Source of the DNA: Candidatus Woesearchaeota archaeon
GTDB lineage: Archaea > Nanobdellota > Nanobdellia > Woesearchaeales > GW2011-AR4
DNA: 64,000 nucleotides
Direction: 5' to 3'
Assembly (NCBI GenBank): GCA_018303505.1
Contig: JAGVYA010000020.1
Coordinates: 97 to 64,096 of the forward strand
Of this stretch, positions 17,965-27,016 are shown one piece after another. A program made the translations under genes and the position numbers. The notes beneath the pieces were generated by a model. That model was not told where the DNA came from and did no database searches. It was given only the letters and a program-made list of their open reading frames with translations. The first letter of the stretch is position 1. The number at the start of each line of letters is the position of its first letter.

Positions 17965-18674
17965 TTTCTTTTTAGAATAATAATATTGCCTCTTCCCTTT
18001 TTTATTTTTTCAATAATCCCCTTGTGCTCTAACTCAGCTATCATCAAGCTTATCTTTGCCTCTGAAAGAGGAATTTGCTTCCTTATGTATTTCTGTGTTG
18101 TTCTTCCGCCTTCCCGCTTGATTATTTTTATCAAATGCTCCAAATCATTATCCTCATATTTTTCCCCTGTTTTTTCTTCTTCAATTTTTATTGATTCTTT
18201 TTTTTGCGTTGTTCTTTTCTTAAAATAGTGCAATCCAATTAAAATAAACCCTAATGCAAGCAATATCATAGTGCCAACAGAAATTTTATACTTGCTTTTG
18301 TCTGTTTCAACAATATCGCCGTTAACATCAATATCAATATCTTCAATGCCTTCTTCAATATCCGGAAATAAAATTAGGTCAAGAACATAATTGCCGTCTT
18401 GCTTTATTGTTATATTTTCTTCAATTGATGCAAGCACAGTATTTCTTTGTATTAACTGAGCTTTTATTTTGTATTCCCCATTTGGCACAATAAAAGAATA
18501 AGAGCCATTTTGAGCAACAATAAATTGCTTAGGTGTAGTGCTGATTTCAACTCTTGCATTATCAACTTTTTTTAATGACAAATCATATATTGTGCCATAA
18601 ATCGTAGCTGCATTTGCTATGTTAGCGATTAAAGCGCATATAAAAATACAAATTAAAATCTTTAACTTAATCAT
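17961..18674 (-). CDS. membrane protein with extracellular beta-domain and cytoplasmic winged-helix
   Basis: Signal peptide, central TM segment, C-terminal TTQKYIRKQIPLSEAKISLMIAELEHKGIIEK. Confidence 0.55.
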   Translation of the reverse strand: MIKLKILICIFICALIANIANAATIYGTIYDLSLKKVDNARVEISTTPKQFIVAQNGSYSFIVPNGEYKIKAQLIQRNTVLASIEENITIKQDGNYVLDLILFPDIEEGIEDIDIDVNGDIVETDKSKYKISVGTMILLALGFILIGLHYFKKRTTQKKESIKIEEEKTGEKYEDNDLEHLIKIIKREGGRTTQKYIRKQIPLSEAKISLMIAELEHKGIIEKIKKGRGNIIILKRK

Positions 18675-18927
18675 AAAAAATCAATATTTTAATTAGTATA
18701 AAAACATTTTGAAATTGGAAATCATTTTAAAGTCTTTTTAACATTAAAAAAAAGAAAAATGCCTTTATAAAGCAAAAGAAAGCCGAATAAAGCTTTGTAA
18801 AGTTTTAAAATGGCTTAAAAACCATTAATTTTTAAACAAAAAAAGTTTGTTTATAAATAACAAGCCTATAACTCATTCAAGATTTGATAAAATCAATAAA
18901 AAATTCAAATAAAATTTGGAAGTCAAA

Positions 18928-20349
18928 ATGAAAAAAACAATCGCTTTGTCATTAATTGCAATATTTATTTTTAGTTTAATACCACTGGCTTTTGCTGAAT
19001 CTGGAGGAGGGCCAAGTGGAGATGTTTCTGCAAATGCTGAGGCAGATGCAGAATCAGGCTCGGGAAGATTAGGGGTTCTTGTTAGCGCTAGAGAAATTAA
19101 AGAGGAGCATAAAGAAAGATTAAGAATTCTAAAAGAAGATCAGAGAGCAAAAATAGAAGCATTGAATGCAGAAAAAATAGGGAGGCTTTCTAATTTAAGC
19201 AGTGAAAAATTGCGAAAAATTGCAGAGCTTGACAAAAGGCAAATAGACAGGCTGTCTGCATTAAACATGAAAAATCTTGATAAGATTACAGAGCTAAAAA
19301 AAGAAAGGCTTGAAAGAATATCAAAGCTTAGTGAAGAAAAGCTAAAAAGACTTGCAGAACTCGATAAAGAAAAGCTTGAAAAAATTTCTGATTTAAACGA
19401 GACTGAAATAGAGAAGTTAGCAGTGTTGAATAGGGCAAGACTTAAAGAATTAGCCAAGCTGGAAAAAGAAAAAATAAAGTTAGAATTAAGGGCTTACAAA
19501 ATCATTAGAGTGAAGAATATAAAAGATTTGAATGATAAGAATATAACAGATGAGGAGCTTGCATTATTAAGGCAAAGATTTGAAGATGCAAAAGCTAATT
19601 TAAGTGCAGCGAAAGAGGAATTAAATGAGGCAAGAAAGGCGCTAAAAGAAGCGATAAATGAAAGAAAAGAAGAATTAGTATTGCTTAATTCAAGATTTTA
19701 TTTGTTAAAGAGCATAAACTTGCTGATATTCCAATTGGAAAAGACAAAGATTGTGGTTAAGGCAAATGAGCATATTTCAGATGAAGAAGAAGCACGCATA
19801 ATAGCAGATATTGACGCACAAATTTCTGATTTGAACTCTTTTAAAGCAGAAGTAGAGGCTGCAACGACAAAAGAGCAGTTTAAGGAATTGGCAGGAAAAT
19901 TACGTGAAAAATGGCGTGAATTAAGGGAAGTAAAGCTATTGTTGCATGCTGAAATAGTGATGGTTGCAAGAGTCAAAGGCTTAGTCAAGAGAACAGAAGT
20001 GCTTGAAAAAAGGCTTGATAAAATATTGGCAAGAGCAAATGAAATCAACATATCAATTAATGTCAGTTTAGAGATGGAATTGTTCAGCGAGAAAATTGCA
20101 ACTGCAGAAGACAAGTATAAGCAAGCACAAGCCAAATTAGCTGAAGCTTTTAACTTAAGCTTGACAAATGAAACAGCTAACATCGATACGACAAAGGAAT
20201 TAATAAGGGAGGTAAGAGAACTCAGAAAGGAAGCGCATGAGGCATTAAAACAAGCGCATGATGTATTGAAGATAATAGTATTAAGGATAAGGATAGCAAA
20301 GCTCGATGCAGATATCTCAGCTGATATTGAAGTTGAAGTTGTTCAGTGA
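18928..20349 (+). CDS. secreted coiled-coil protein with 11-residue repeats
   Basis: MKKTIALSLIAIFIFSLIPLAFA signal. About nine units of xLxx(I/L)(S/A)xLxxE between about 19170 and 19470. Confidence 0.65.
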   Translation: MKKTIALSLIAIFIFSLIPLAFAESGGGPSGDVSANAEADAESGSGRLGVLVSAREIKEEHKERLRILKEDQRAKIEALNAEKIGRLSNLSSEKLRKIAELDKRQIDRLSALNMKNLDKITELKKERLERISKLSEEKLKRLAELDKEKLEKISDLNETEIEKLAVLNRARLKELAKLEKEKIKLELRAYKIIRVKNIKDLNDKNITDEELALLRQRFEDAKANLSAAKEELNEARKALKEAINERKEELVLLNSRFYLLKSINLLIFQLEKTKIVVKANEHISDEEEARIIADIDAQISDLNSFKAEVEAATTKEQFKELAGKLREKWRELREVKLLLHAEIVMVARVKGLVKRTEVLEKRLDKILARANEINISINVSLEMELFSEKIATAEDKYKQAQAKLAEAFNLSLTNETANIDTTKELIREVRELRKEAHEALKQAHDVLKIIVLRIRIAKLDADISADIEVEVVQ

Positions 20350-20406
20350 ATTTTCGGAAAAATTTAAATATAGAAAATATAGTGTTTGCAAAATGGGTGC
20401 TATTTA

Positions 20407-20661
20407 ATGAAAAAATTGTTGTTTTTTATTTTTGTATTGATGCTTATTTCTATTGCTGCATGCAAGCAGGCTGCTAAGGAAGAGGTTATGGAGAAGAAAG
20501 AAGAAGTGACAGCACCTGAAGCGCCAGTTGAAGCAACTGGAGAAGTGGTTGTTGATGCAGTTGGAAATGATTTAAACAGCATTCAAATTGTTGAGAAAGA
20601 CTTAGGCACAGAAGACTTAAATGAGCTCGATTCTGGACTGCAAGATATAGAGAATATTTGA
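20407..20661 (+). CDS. small acidic lipoprotein
   Basis: MKKLLFFIFVLMLISIAAC lipobox; track ORF trimmed. Confidence 0.5.
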   Translation: MKKLLFFIFVLMLISIAACKQAAKEEVMEKKEEVTAPEAPVEATGEVVVDAVGNDLNSIQIVEKDLGTEDLNELDSGLQDIENI

Positions 20662-20722
20662 TATGCTGGTAAATCAAAGATATTTAACAACGTTTAAATA
20701 AAAACTCTATTTCTTTCGTTGC

Positions 20723-21817
20723 ATGATTAAAATTGACGGAAATTACGGAGAGGCCGGCGGACAAATTGCTAGAACAGCTTTAGCTCTCTCCACAATCACT
20801 CAAAAATCATTTGAAGTTTATGGCATAAGAAAAGGAAGAAGAGACTCTGGCTTGAAAAACCAGCACCTTTATTGTGTGAAATCATTGCAAGATCTCTGCA
20901 ATGCAGATGCAGAAGGCGCAGAGCTAGGCTCTTTATATTTGAAGTATTATCCAAAAAAAATAATGGCTAAAAACCTCAATATAGACATTGAAACAGCTGG
21001 CTCAATAACGTTATTGCTTCAAGCTTTATTGCTGCCGGCAATGTTTGTGTCAAAACCAATAACAATTACCATTAAGGGTGGTACGGACACCAAATTTAGC
21101 ATGCCTTTCGACTATTTCAATAATGTTTTATTGCCACAATTACAAAGATTCGCTAAAATAGAAGCAAAATTGTTGAAGCGAGGATGCTATCCAAAAGGCA
21201 ACGGCAAGGTTGAAATTAAAATAAATCCAAAATACAAGTTAAATGATTTCTCAAATTTTGATGAATTTCATCATCATTTAATACAAAATGTGCATAAATA
21301 TAATTTAATTGAACAACATCATTTAATACAAATAAAAGGCATCTCACATGCTTCAAGAAATCTGCAGCAAACAAAAGTTGCTGAAAGGCAAGCAGAAGCT
21401 GCACAATCAATATTAAAACAAAAATACAATGTCTCCATTAAAATAATAACAGAATATCAAGACACATTATCAACAGGCTCTGGCATTACTCTCTGGGCGA
21501 TTTTTTCTAAGAATAAAGAAGACATAGATGAAAACAACCCAATAAGGCTTGGAGCAGACTCTCTTGGCGAGCAAGGGAAAAGGGCAGAGATTGTAGGGGA
21601 AGAAGCTGCTCATAATTTAATAAAAGAAATAGAAAGCAAAGCGCCGGTTGACAGGCATTTGGCAGATCAAATACTGCCATTTATGGCATTAATTAAAGAT
21701 TCTAAAACAAAAGTTTCTGAAATAACAAACCACTGTAAGACAAATATTTACACAATACAGCAGTTTCTTGGAGAGATTTTTGAAGTTGATGAAAAAAACA
21801 ATACAATTTCAATATAA
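20723..21817 (+). CDS. rtcA: RNA 3'-terminal phosphate cyclase
   Basis: IDGNYGEAGGQIARTALALSTITQKSFEVYGIRKGRRDSGLKNQHL. Confidence 0.88.
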   Translation: MIKIDGNYGEAGGQIARTALALSTITQKSFEVYGIRKGRRDSGLKNQHLYCVKSLQDLCNADAEGAELGSLYLKYYPKKIMAKNLNIDIETAGSITLLLQALLLPAMFVSKPITITIKGGTDTKFSMPFDYFNNVLLPQLQRFAKIEAKLLKRGCYPKGNGKVEIKINPKYKLNDFSNFDEFHHHLIQNVHKYNLIEQHHLIQIKGISHASRNLQQTKVAERQAEAAQSILKQKYNVSIKIITEYQDTLSTGSGITLWAIFSKNKEDIDENNPIRLGADSLGEQGKRAEIVGEEAAHNLIKEIESKAPVDRHLADQILPFMALIKDSKTKVSEITNHCKTNIYTIQQFLGEIFEVDEKNNTISI

Positions 21818-21856
21818 AAACAAACCTTTTTAAATTAAAATCTTATCCCAAAGCGA

Positions 21857-22033
21857 ATGACAGAGAAACAAGCAGTATGCACATCATGCAAAAAAAGGAT
21901 TTCTAATACAATTGGCTCTACAAGGTTTATGTGCCCTCGCTGTGCAAAGATTGAAATTGTAAGATGCAACCACTGCAGGGATATAGCTGCAAAATATACT
22001 TGCGCATCGTGCCACTTCGAAGGCCCAAATTAA
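21857..22033 (+). CDS. zinc-ribbon protein (COG2888-type) preceding aEF-1beta
   Basis: Own translation, 58 aa: MTEKQAVCTSCKKRISNTIGSTRFMCPRCAKIEIVRCNHCRDIAAKYTCASCHFEGPN. Four CxxC pairs. Below the ORF-track cutoff. Confidence 0.7.
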   Translation: MTEKQAVCTSCKKRISNTIGSTRFMCPRCAKIEIVRCNHCRDIAAKYTCASCHFEGPN

Positions 22034-22034
22034 G

Positions 22035-22313
22035 ATGGCAAGCGTGGTTATTACTTTTAGGATAATGCCTCAAAATACAAGCATAGACTTGTCTAATTTA
22101 GAAGCCGAAGCGAAAAAAGAGATTGTTGAGTTTTGCAATTCACAGGAATTCAAGATAAGTATCGAGCCTATAGCATTCGGGCTTAAGGCTCTTAATATAA
22201 TTTTTGTCATGGATGAGAGCAAAGGCAGCACAGAAGAGCTTGAAAAGAGAATAAGCCATATTGAAGGAGTTGAATCTGTTGAAGTTACTGATGTAAGGAG
22301 AGCGATTGGTTAA
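22035..22313 (+). CDS. ef1b: elongation factor 1-beta
   Basis: VVITFRIMPQNTSIDL...IEPIAFGLKALNIIFVMDE...VESVEVTDVRR. Confidence 0.88.
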   Translation: MASVVITFRIMPQNTSIDLSNLEAEAKKEIVEFCNSQEFKISIEPIAFGLKALNIIFVMDESKGSTEELEKRISHIEGVESVEVTDVRRAIG

Positions 22314-22342
22314 TTTGAAAATTATTGACTAAAAACAAAATT

Positions 22343-22457
22343 TTATCTGCCTTCGGTAAATTTTTGGCTCGCCAGTGAGATGCGAAAGCTCGACCTGCAT
22401 GCGAGAACGCTCGCATGCTCGCGTTCATCTATTTCGCTCGCTTAGCTACCTGCTCGC
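22343..22457. repeat. GC-rich repeat copy, inverted orientation
   Basis: tatctgccttcggtaaattttt resembles the reverse complement of the tttgccgaaggcggattgaa end. Core gatgcgaaagctcgacctgcatgcgagaacgc..gctcgcgttca..tttcgctcgctta matches 1930-1990. Confidence 0.65.
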
Positions 22458-23576
22458 CTATTTATTGTTTAATATTCTTACCAATTGGTTTATTTGGATA
22501 TTGCTCCTGATACCTTCTCCCTTAAAATGAGTATTGCTAACCTGATACCTTGATTTCTTAATTTTATTCATAATTTTTTCTTTTTTTTGCAAATTTTTAA
22601 TTTTATTTCTTTCACAAATGTCATGCAGGTCATAAAATCCAATAGCATGTATTTTTGATTCTTCTTTAATTGTTTGCAGAAATTTAATTAGTTGTTTATT
22701 ACTATTAAAAATTTTATTTTTAAATGCGTTTTTATGTATTTTATCAACTAAATTTTTATCCCATAAATTCCCAAGCCACATTGGCCCTGCATCATTAAGC
22801 ATTCCGTGCAATTTCAATGCTTCATCAACCTTATTCTTTCCTTTTATATTTTTTAAAAAAACCCTCATGTAATGCTCTTTAGAATAAGAATATATTGGAG
22901 TAAGCGCTTTGTCATACTGTGCGGCAATTAGCTGTATTTTTCTTATCAAAATTCTTAATCCACTTTCATGCATTATTGCATCCTTCTTAGGCATTGCCCA
23001 GTATTTCCTGATGCATGCCTTTGGAAATGTGCCGCATAATGCAGATGTGTCGGTAGCTGTAACTGCAAGTATGCCGTCTCTTGCCAATCTTTTGCATGCG
23101 CTGTCCAGAAATGCTCCGGGATAACCAAACGGGTCAATGTCAATGTAATCAAAGCCTGTGGAATTAAGCAGAAACAGATTTGCATCTTCATTACTTAAAA
23201 ATACTTTATTTTTAAGTTCCACCGAAACAAAGTTTCTGTAGGGTGCAATTAAAATTTTTTCATTATTTGTATATTGAATCTTATTTAATGCTAAATTTTG
23301 TTTTATCAATTTCGTTGAATCATTACTATAGTCATTAATATATATTTTTTTTATTTTATTTTTTCTTAGTTCTTTCAAAAATCTAATGCTTCTTACACCA
23401 GTCGCTGCCAATGGGTCTGCTATCTGCAGATTATTCTTATTTATAGAATTTAACAACAAAACAGAAATGTCTCTATTTAAGCGCATTGCAGGATTGTAGA
23501 AAACCCCCATTTCTTTTGATACCTTATCTGCTTTTGGTACTTTCAGTTTGATTGAGCCTTCTGTAATAATCCTCAT
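22458..23576 (-). CDS. trm1: tRNA (guanine26-N2)-dimethyltransferase
   Basis: FYNPAMRLNRDISVLLL, DPLAATGVRSIRF, IDIDPFGYPGAFLDSA. Confidence 0.9.
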   Translation of the reverse strand: MRIITEGSIKLKVPKADKVSKEMGVFYNPAMRLNRDISVLLLNSINKNNLQIADPLAATGVRSIRFLKELRKNKIKKIYINDYSNDSTKLIKQNLALNKIQYTNNEKILIAPYRNFVSVELKNKVFLSNEDANLFLLNSTGFDYIDIDPFGYPGAFLDSACKRLARDGILAVTATDTSALCGTFPKACIRKYWAMPKKDAIMHESGLRILIRKIQLIAAQYDKALTPIYSYSKEHYMRVFLKNIKGKNKVDEALKLHGMLNDAGPMWLGNLWDKNLVDKIHKNAFKNKIFNSNKQLIKFLQTIKEESKIHAIGFYDLHDICERNKIKNLQKKEKIMNKIKKSRYQVSNTHFKGEGIRSNIQINQLVRILNNK

Positions 23577-23664
23577 AACAGCGAAAAACCTTATTTTTAA
23601 TAAAAAGCTTTCTTATTACACAACGTTTAAAAACAAAATATGTTTACTATAATCTGACTCAAAA

Positions 23665-25425
23665 ATGCTAAGACAGCCAATTATTGTTGCCATGGGCAAC
23701 GTCGATGCCGGAAAGACCCAACTGCTAGATACAATTAGAGGTACCGCTATTGTTGATTCCGAGCCTGGAAAAATAACCCAAAGCATTGGATGCTCACAAA
23801 TTCCAATCGATGTTGTCAAAAAGATTAGTGGGACATTACTTCAGAAAGCTAAAATTGAAATCAGAATACCTGGGTTTCTTATAATCGATTCGCCTGGGCA
23901 TGCAGCTTTCACAAACTTAAGAAAAAGAGGAGGCAATCTTGCAGACATTGCCATTCTAGTTGTTGACATTAATGAAGGCATTAAGCTTCAAACAGTAGAG
24001 TGCATAGACATACTTAAGCAGTATAAAACGCCTTTTGTAGTAGCATTAAATAAGATTGACCTTTTGCCAGGGTGGAAATCAAATACCAATGCTCATTTGC
24101 TAGACAACATAAAAAAGCAAAATGAAAATTCAATGCTTCTTCTTGAAAAAAAGCTTTACGAGATTGTCGGAAAGCTAAGCGAATTTGGATTTAATGCTGA
24201 AAGATTTGACAGGGTTGAAGACTATACAAAACAAATTGCAATAATCCCAACTTCTGCAAAAACTGGGGAAGGATTGCCTGAATTATTGATGTTTATAACG
24301 GGTTTGTCTCAGAAATTTCTTGAAGAAAGTTTAAGGATAAGTATTGAAGGTAATGCAAAAGGAACTGTTTTAGAAGTGAAAGAAGAAAAAGGACTAGGAA
24401 CAACAATTGATTTAATTATTTATGATGGTTCCTTGAAAAAGAATGACATAATTGTCATAGGTTCATTAGGTGAACCAATTGTTACAAAAGTCAAAGCATT
24501 ATTTGAGCCTATGCCATTGGCAGAAATGCGCGATAAAAAAGCCAGATTCAAATCTGTTAAGCAGGTAATGGCTGCAACAGGCGTTAAGATTTCAGCACCT
24601 GAGCTTGATAATGTTGTTGCAGGCATGCCATTAAGAAGCTGCTTGCCTGGCGAGATTGAAAAAGTAAGGGAAGAAATAAAAAAAGAAGTTGAGGAAGTAA
24701 TAATAGAAACAGACAAGCAAGGAATTGTTATAAAGGCTGATTCTCTTGGAAGCTTAGAAGCGCTTGTAAAAATATTGAAGGAAAAGAATATTGAAATCAA
24801 AAAAGCCAGCATTGGCAACATCTCAAAAAAAGACATCTCAGACGCGGAAATAAATTACGAAAAGGAGCCTTTGCAGAGCGCAGTTCTTGGATTTAATGTC
24901 GAATTACTGCCTGAGGTCAAGGCAGGAAATGCTAAAGTCTTGTGCAACGACATAATTTACAAGCTCATTGAAGATTTTGAAAAATGGCAGCAAGAGGAAA
25001 GAAAAAGGCTTGAAGCAGAGCAGACTGAATATTTGTACAGGCCTTGCAAGATACAAATAATGAAAGGCTATATTTTCAGGCAGAATAATCCAGCTGTTGT
25101 TGGAGTTGAAGTGCTTGCAGGCACTTTAAAGGCAAACACCCCATTGATGAAAAAAGACGGCTCAGTGATAACAGAGGTAAAAAGCATCCAGCAGGAGCAG
25201 GAAAATTTAGAGAAAGCTGAGAAAGGCAAGCAAGTCGCTGTTTCATTGCCAAATGTGACTATTGGCAGACAAGTACATGAAAGTGATATTTTATACTCCT
25301 CAATTCCCGAAGAGCATTTCAGGAAATTAAAGGAATTTAAGAAGTATTTAACACAAGAAGAAATTGATATTTTGAAAGAAATAGCAGAGATAATGCGCAA
25401 GCAAAATCCAATGTGGGGGATTTGA
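23665..25425 (+). CDS. infB: translation initiation factor aIF5B (IF2-type GTPase), divergent P-loop
   Basis: RQPIIVAMGNVDAGKTQLLDTIRG, IDSPGH, NKID. Domain order and length fit aIF5B. Confidence 0.88.
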   Translation: MLRQPIIVAMGNVDAGKTQLLDTIRGTAIVDSEPGKITQSIGCSQIPIDVVKKISGTLLQKAKIEIRIPGFLIIDSPGHAAFTNLRKRGGNLADIAILVVDINEGIKLQTVECIDILKQYKTPFVVALNKIDLLPGWKSNTNAHLLDNIKKQNENSMLLLEKKLYEIVGKLSEFGFNAERFDRVEDYTKQIAIIPTSAKTGEGLPELLMFITGLSQKFLEESLRISIEGNAKGTVLEVKEEKGLGTTIDLIIYDGSLKKNDIIVIGSLGEPIVTKVKALFEPMPLAEMRDKKARFKSVKQVMAATGVKISAPELDNVVAGMPLRSCLPGEIEKVREEIKKEVEEVIIETDKQGIVIKADSLGSLEALVKILKEKNIEIKKASIGNISKKDISDAEINYEKEPLQSAVLGFNVELLPEVKAGNAKVLCNDIIYKLIEDFEKWQQEERKRLEAEQTEYLYRPCKIQIMKGYIFRQNNPAVVGVEVLAGTLKANTPLMKKDGSVITEVKSIQQEQENLEKAEKGKQVAVSLPNVTIGRQVHESDILYSSIPEEHFRKLKEFKKYLTQEEIDILKEIAEIMRKQNPMWGI

Positions 25426-25456
25426 AAATTTTATTTTAAGAATCCAATAATAAAAA

Positions 25457-25613
25457 TTCAATCCGTTGCCTTAGGCAACCAAATTTACACTCAGCGAAAA
25501 TTGTTTTGCCACTAATTTTCGCCTCAAATTTATTAAATGAATAAATCGGCGAGTTGTCGCGCAATGGCAGAAAAGCGACAACGAGCACTAAAGTTTGCCG
25601 AAGGCGGATTGAA
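25457..25613. repeat. full-length copy of the GC-rich TIR/hairpin element
   Basis: ttcaatccg...cggattgaa termini. Hairpins GTTGCC-TTA-GGCAAC, GCGAAAATT/AATTTTCGC and GCC-GAA-GGC. Confidence 0.75.
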
Positions 25614-25643
25614 AAAATAAAAATATACAAATTACAAATAAAA

Positions 25644-26099
25644 ATGCCAGAACTTAAAATCTTGAATAATAAAGAAATAAAAGAAATTTATGGATTTATA
25701 GAAAAGCAATGGGGTGCAAAAGTAAAGCTTGATTATGGTTTTTTGAAGAACAACAAAAATCGAGTTTTTATAATTAGCAAAGATATTTCAAAAATTGACA
25801 TTTCAAAGTTAAGGTTGAATTCTGCAGGCATGTATTTTTGCGAGATTGATAATAAAGGGATAAGGCTTAGCATTGAAGGCGCTCAAATTATTGGGCAAAA
25901 AGCAGCAAAAAATACAGTTGAGCTGAATGAAGAAGAAACGAAGAAATGGTTTAAGGGAGAAGATCTGGAAAAAGAATGCAAAGATTGCAGCGGGTTTGTT
26001 ATATTAAAGCATAATAAAGATTTTCTTGGCAATGGGAAATATACAAATGGCAGGATTTTGAATTATGTGGGGAAGACGAGGAGGGTGAATTTACTTTAG
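25644..26099 (+). CDS. NIP7-like PUA-domain protein
   Basis: Track ORF trimmed to MPELKILNNKEIKEIYGFIEKQWG.... C-terminal ..GFVILKHNKDFLGNGKYTNGRILNYVGK resembles a PUA fold. Confidence 0.5.
   Translation: MPELKILNNKEIKEIYGFIEKQWGAKVKLDYGFLKNNKNRVFIISKDISKIDISKLRLNSAGMYFCEIDNKGIRLSIEGAQIIGQKAAKNTVELNEEETKKWFKGEDLEKECKDCSGFVILKHNKDFLGNGKYTNGRILNYVGKTRRVNLL
26055..26090 (+). repeat. direct repeat copy 1 (36 bp, perfect)
   Basis: attttgaattatgtggggaagacgaggagggtgaat, identical to 26968-27003. Lies inside the 3' end of 25644..26099. Confidence 0.95.
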
Positions 26100-26567
26100 T
26101 ATCTCCTGTTTGTTTATTATGATTACTTTATCTTTGGTTTCGATATCATTAATTATTTGTTTAAGCTGATTCTTATTTACTAATTCCTTTAAAGAATATA
26201 AAATTGTTTCTAAGTCAACTACATTAATGTTTAAATTCTCTGCTAACTGAATGGCTTTATTATCGTTTGTTACCAATGTGAAATTTCTCATTTTGCATAT
26301 TGCAATGCATTCTACCTCCCCTCTCCCGAGATTTTTTTGATAATAAATATTTTTCACCAAATTAGACTCTTGTAAGCTTAGCTTTGGATGTTGGAAAATT
26401 TTTGATGCAAGAACATCTTTCACTAATGGTAATTTTGAACGTGCCAAGTCTGATATGACGGCAGGTGGGATTAAGAGATAACTCTTGCCGAATAATCTTT
26501 TTAGCAAGCTTAATTTTTTAATTTTCGCAAATGTGCTGAGCACATCTGCATCAAACACGAAAGCCAT
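26091..26567 (-). CDS. PIN-domain ribonuclease (VapC-like toxin)
   Basis: FVFDADVLSTF, GEVECIA, LVTNDNKA acidic residues in PIN order. Paired with the upstream antitoxin-like gene. Confidence 0.75.
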   Translation of the reverse strand: MAFVFDADVLSTFAKIKKLSLLKRLFGKSYLLIPPAVISDLARSKLPLVKDVLASKIFQHPKLSLQESNLVKNIYYQKNLGRGEVECIAICKMRNFTLVTNDNKAIQLAENLNINVVDLETILYSLKELVNKNQLKQIINDIETKDKVIIINKQEILK

Positions 26568-26571
26568 TAAT

Positions 26572-26901
26572 TCACCTTCTAGCTTTCCTTATTATTTCAA
26601 GCCCTTTTTTTACTCGTTTGTTAGAAGACTTAATAACGCGCACAATGCCTCTTTCAGCCAACGCATCCTTGAAATCTGCAGTATTCATCTCTGCAATCTC
26701 TGAGGCTTTGCCCAAGCTGACTTCTCCTGAGTTATATAGTTCAACTGCAGCAGTTATTTTTAAATGTGGCTTATGCTCAAACAGACATCTTAATGCATCT
26801 TTTGCAACATCTGATTTGCTTGAGTAAAATCCAGCCCTGACTAATGCGGAGATCTCATCACTAATTATTTCAGGTAAACTAAAAGTCTCGGCTTGCGGCA
26901 T
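26572..26901 (-). CDS. UPF0175-type antitoxin-like protein
   Basis: C-terminal GEVSLGKASEIAEMNTADFKDALAERGI pattern. 4-nt gap to the PIN gene. Confidence 0.65.
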   Translation of the reverse strand: MPQAETFSLPEIISDEISALVRAGFYSSKSDVAKDALRCLFEHKPHLKITAAVELYNSGEVSLGKASEIAEMNTADFKDALAERGIVRVIKSSNKRVKKGLEIIRKARR

Positions 26902-26967
26902 TTTTTCTCATATTTATTAATATCTGTTAATATATATATTTTTCTGTTTTTTGAGATTTAATTAAGA

Positions 26968-27003
26968 ATTTTGAATTATGTGGGGAAGACGAGGAGGGTG
27001 AAT
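26968..27003 (+). repeat. direct repeat copy 2 (36 bp, perfect)
   Basis: Identical to 26055-26090. Followed by att aat gtt taa, which would terminate the same reading frame. Confidence 0.95.
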
Positions 27004-27016
27004 ATTAATGTTTAAT

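Noticed and set aside
19140-19470. Tandem DNA repeat or satellite in the 18928..20349 region
   Set aside because: Periodicity is at the protein level (11-aa units with synonymous and conservative variation) inside a long intact ORF. It is reported as a protein repeat instead.
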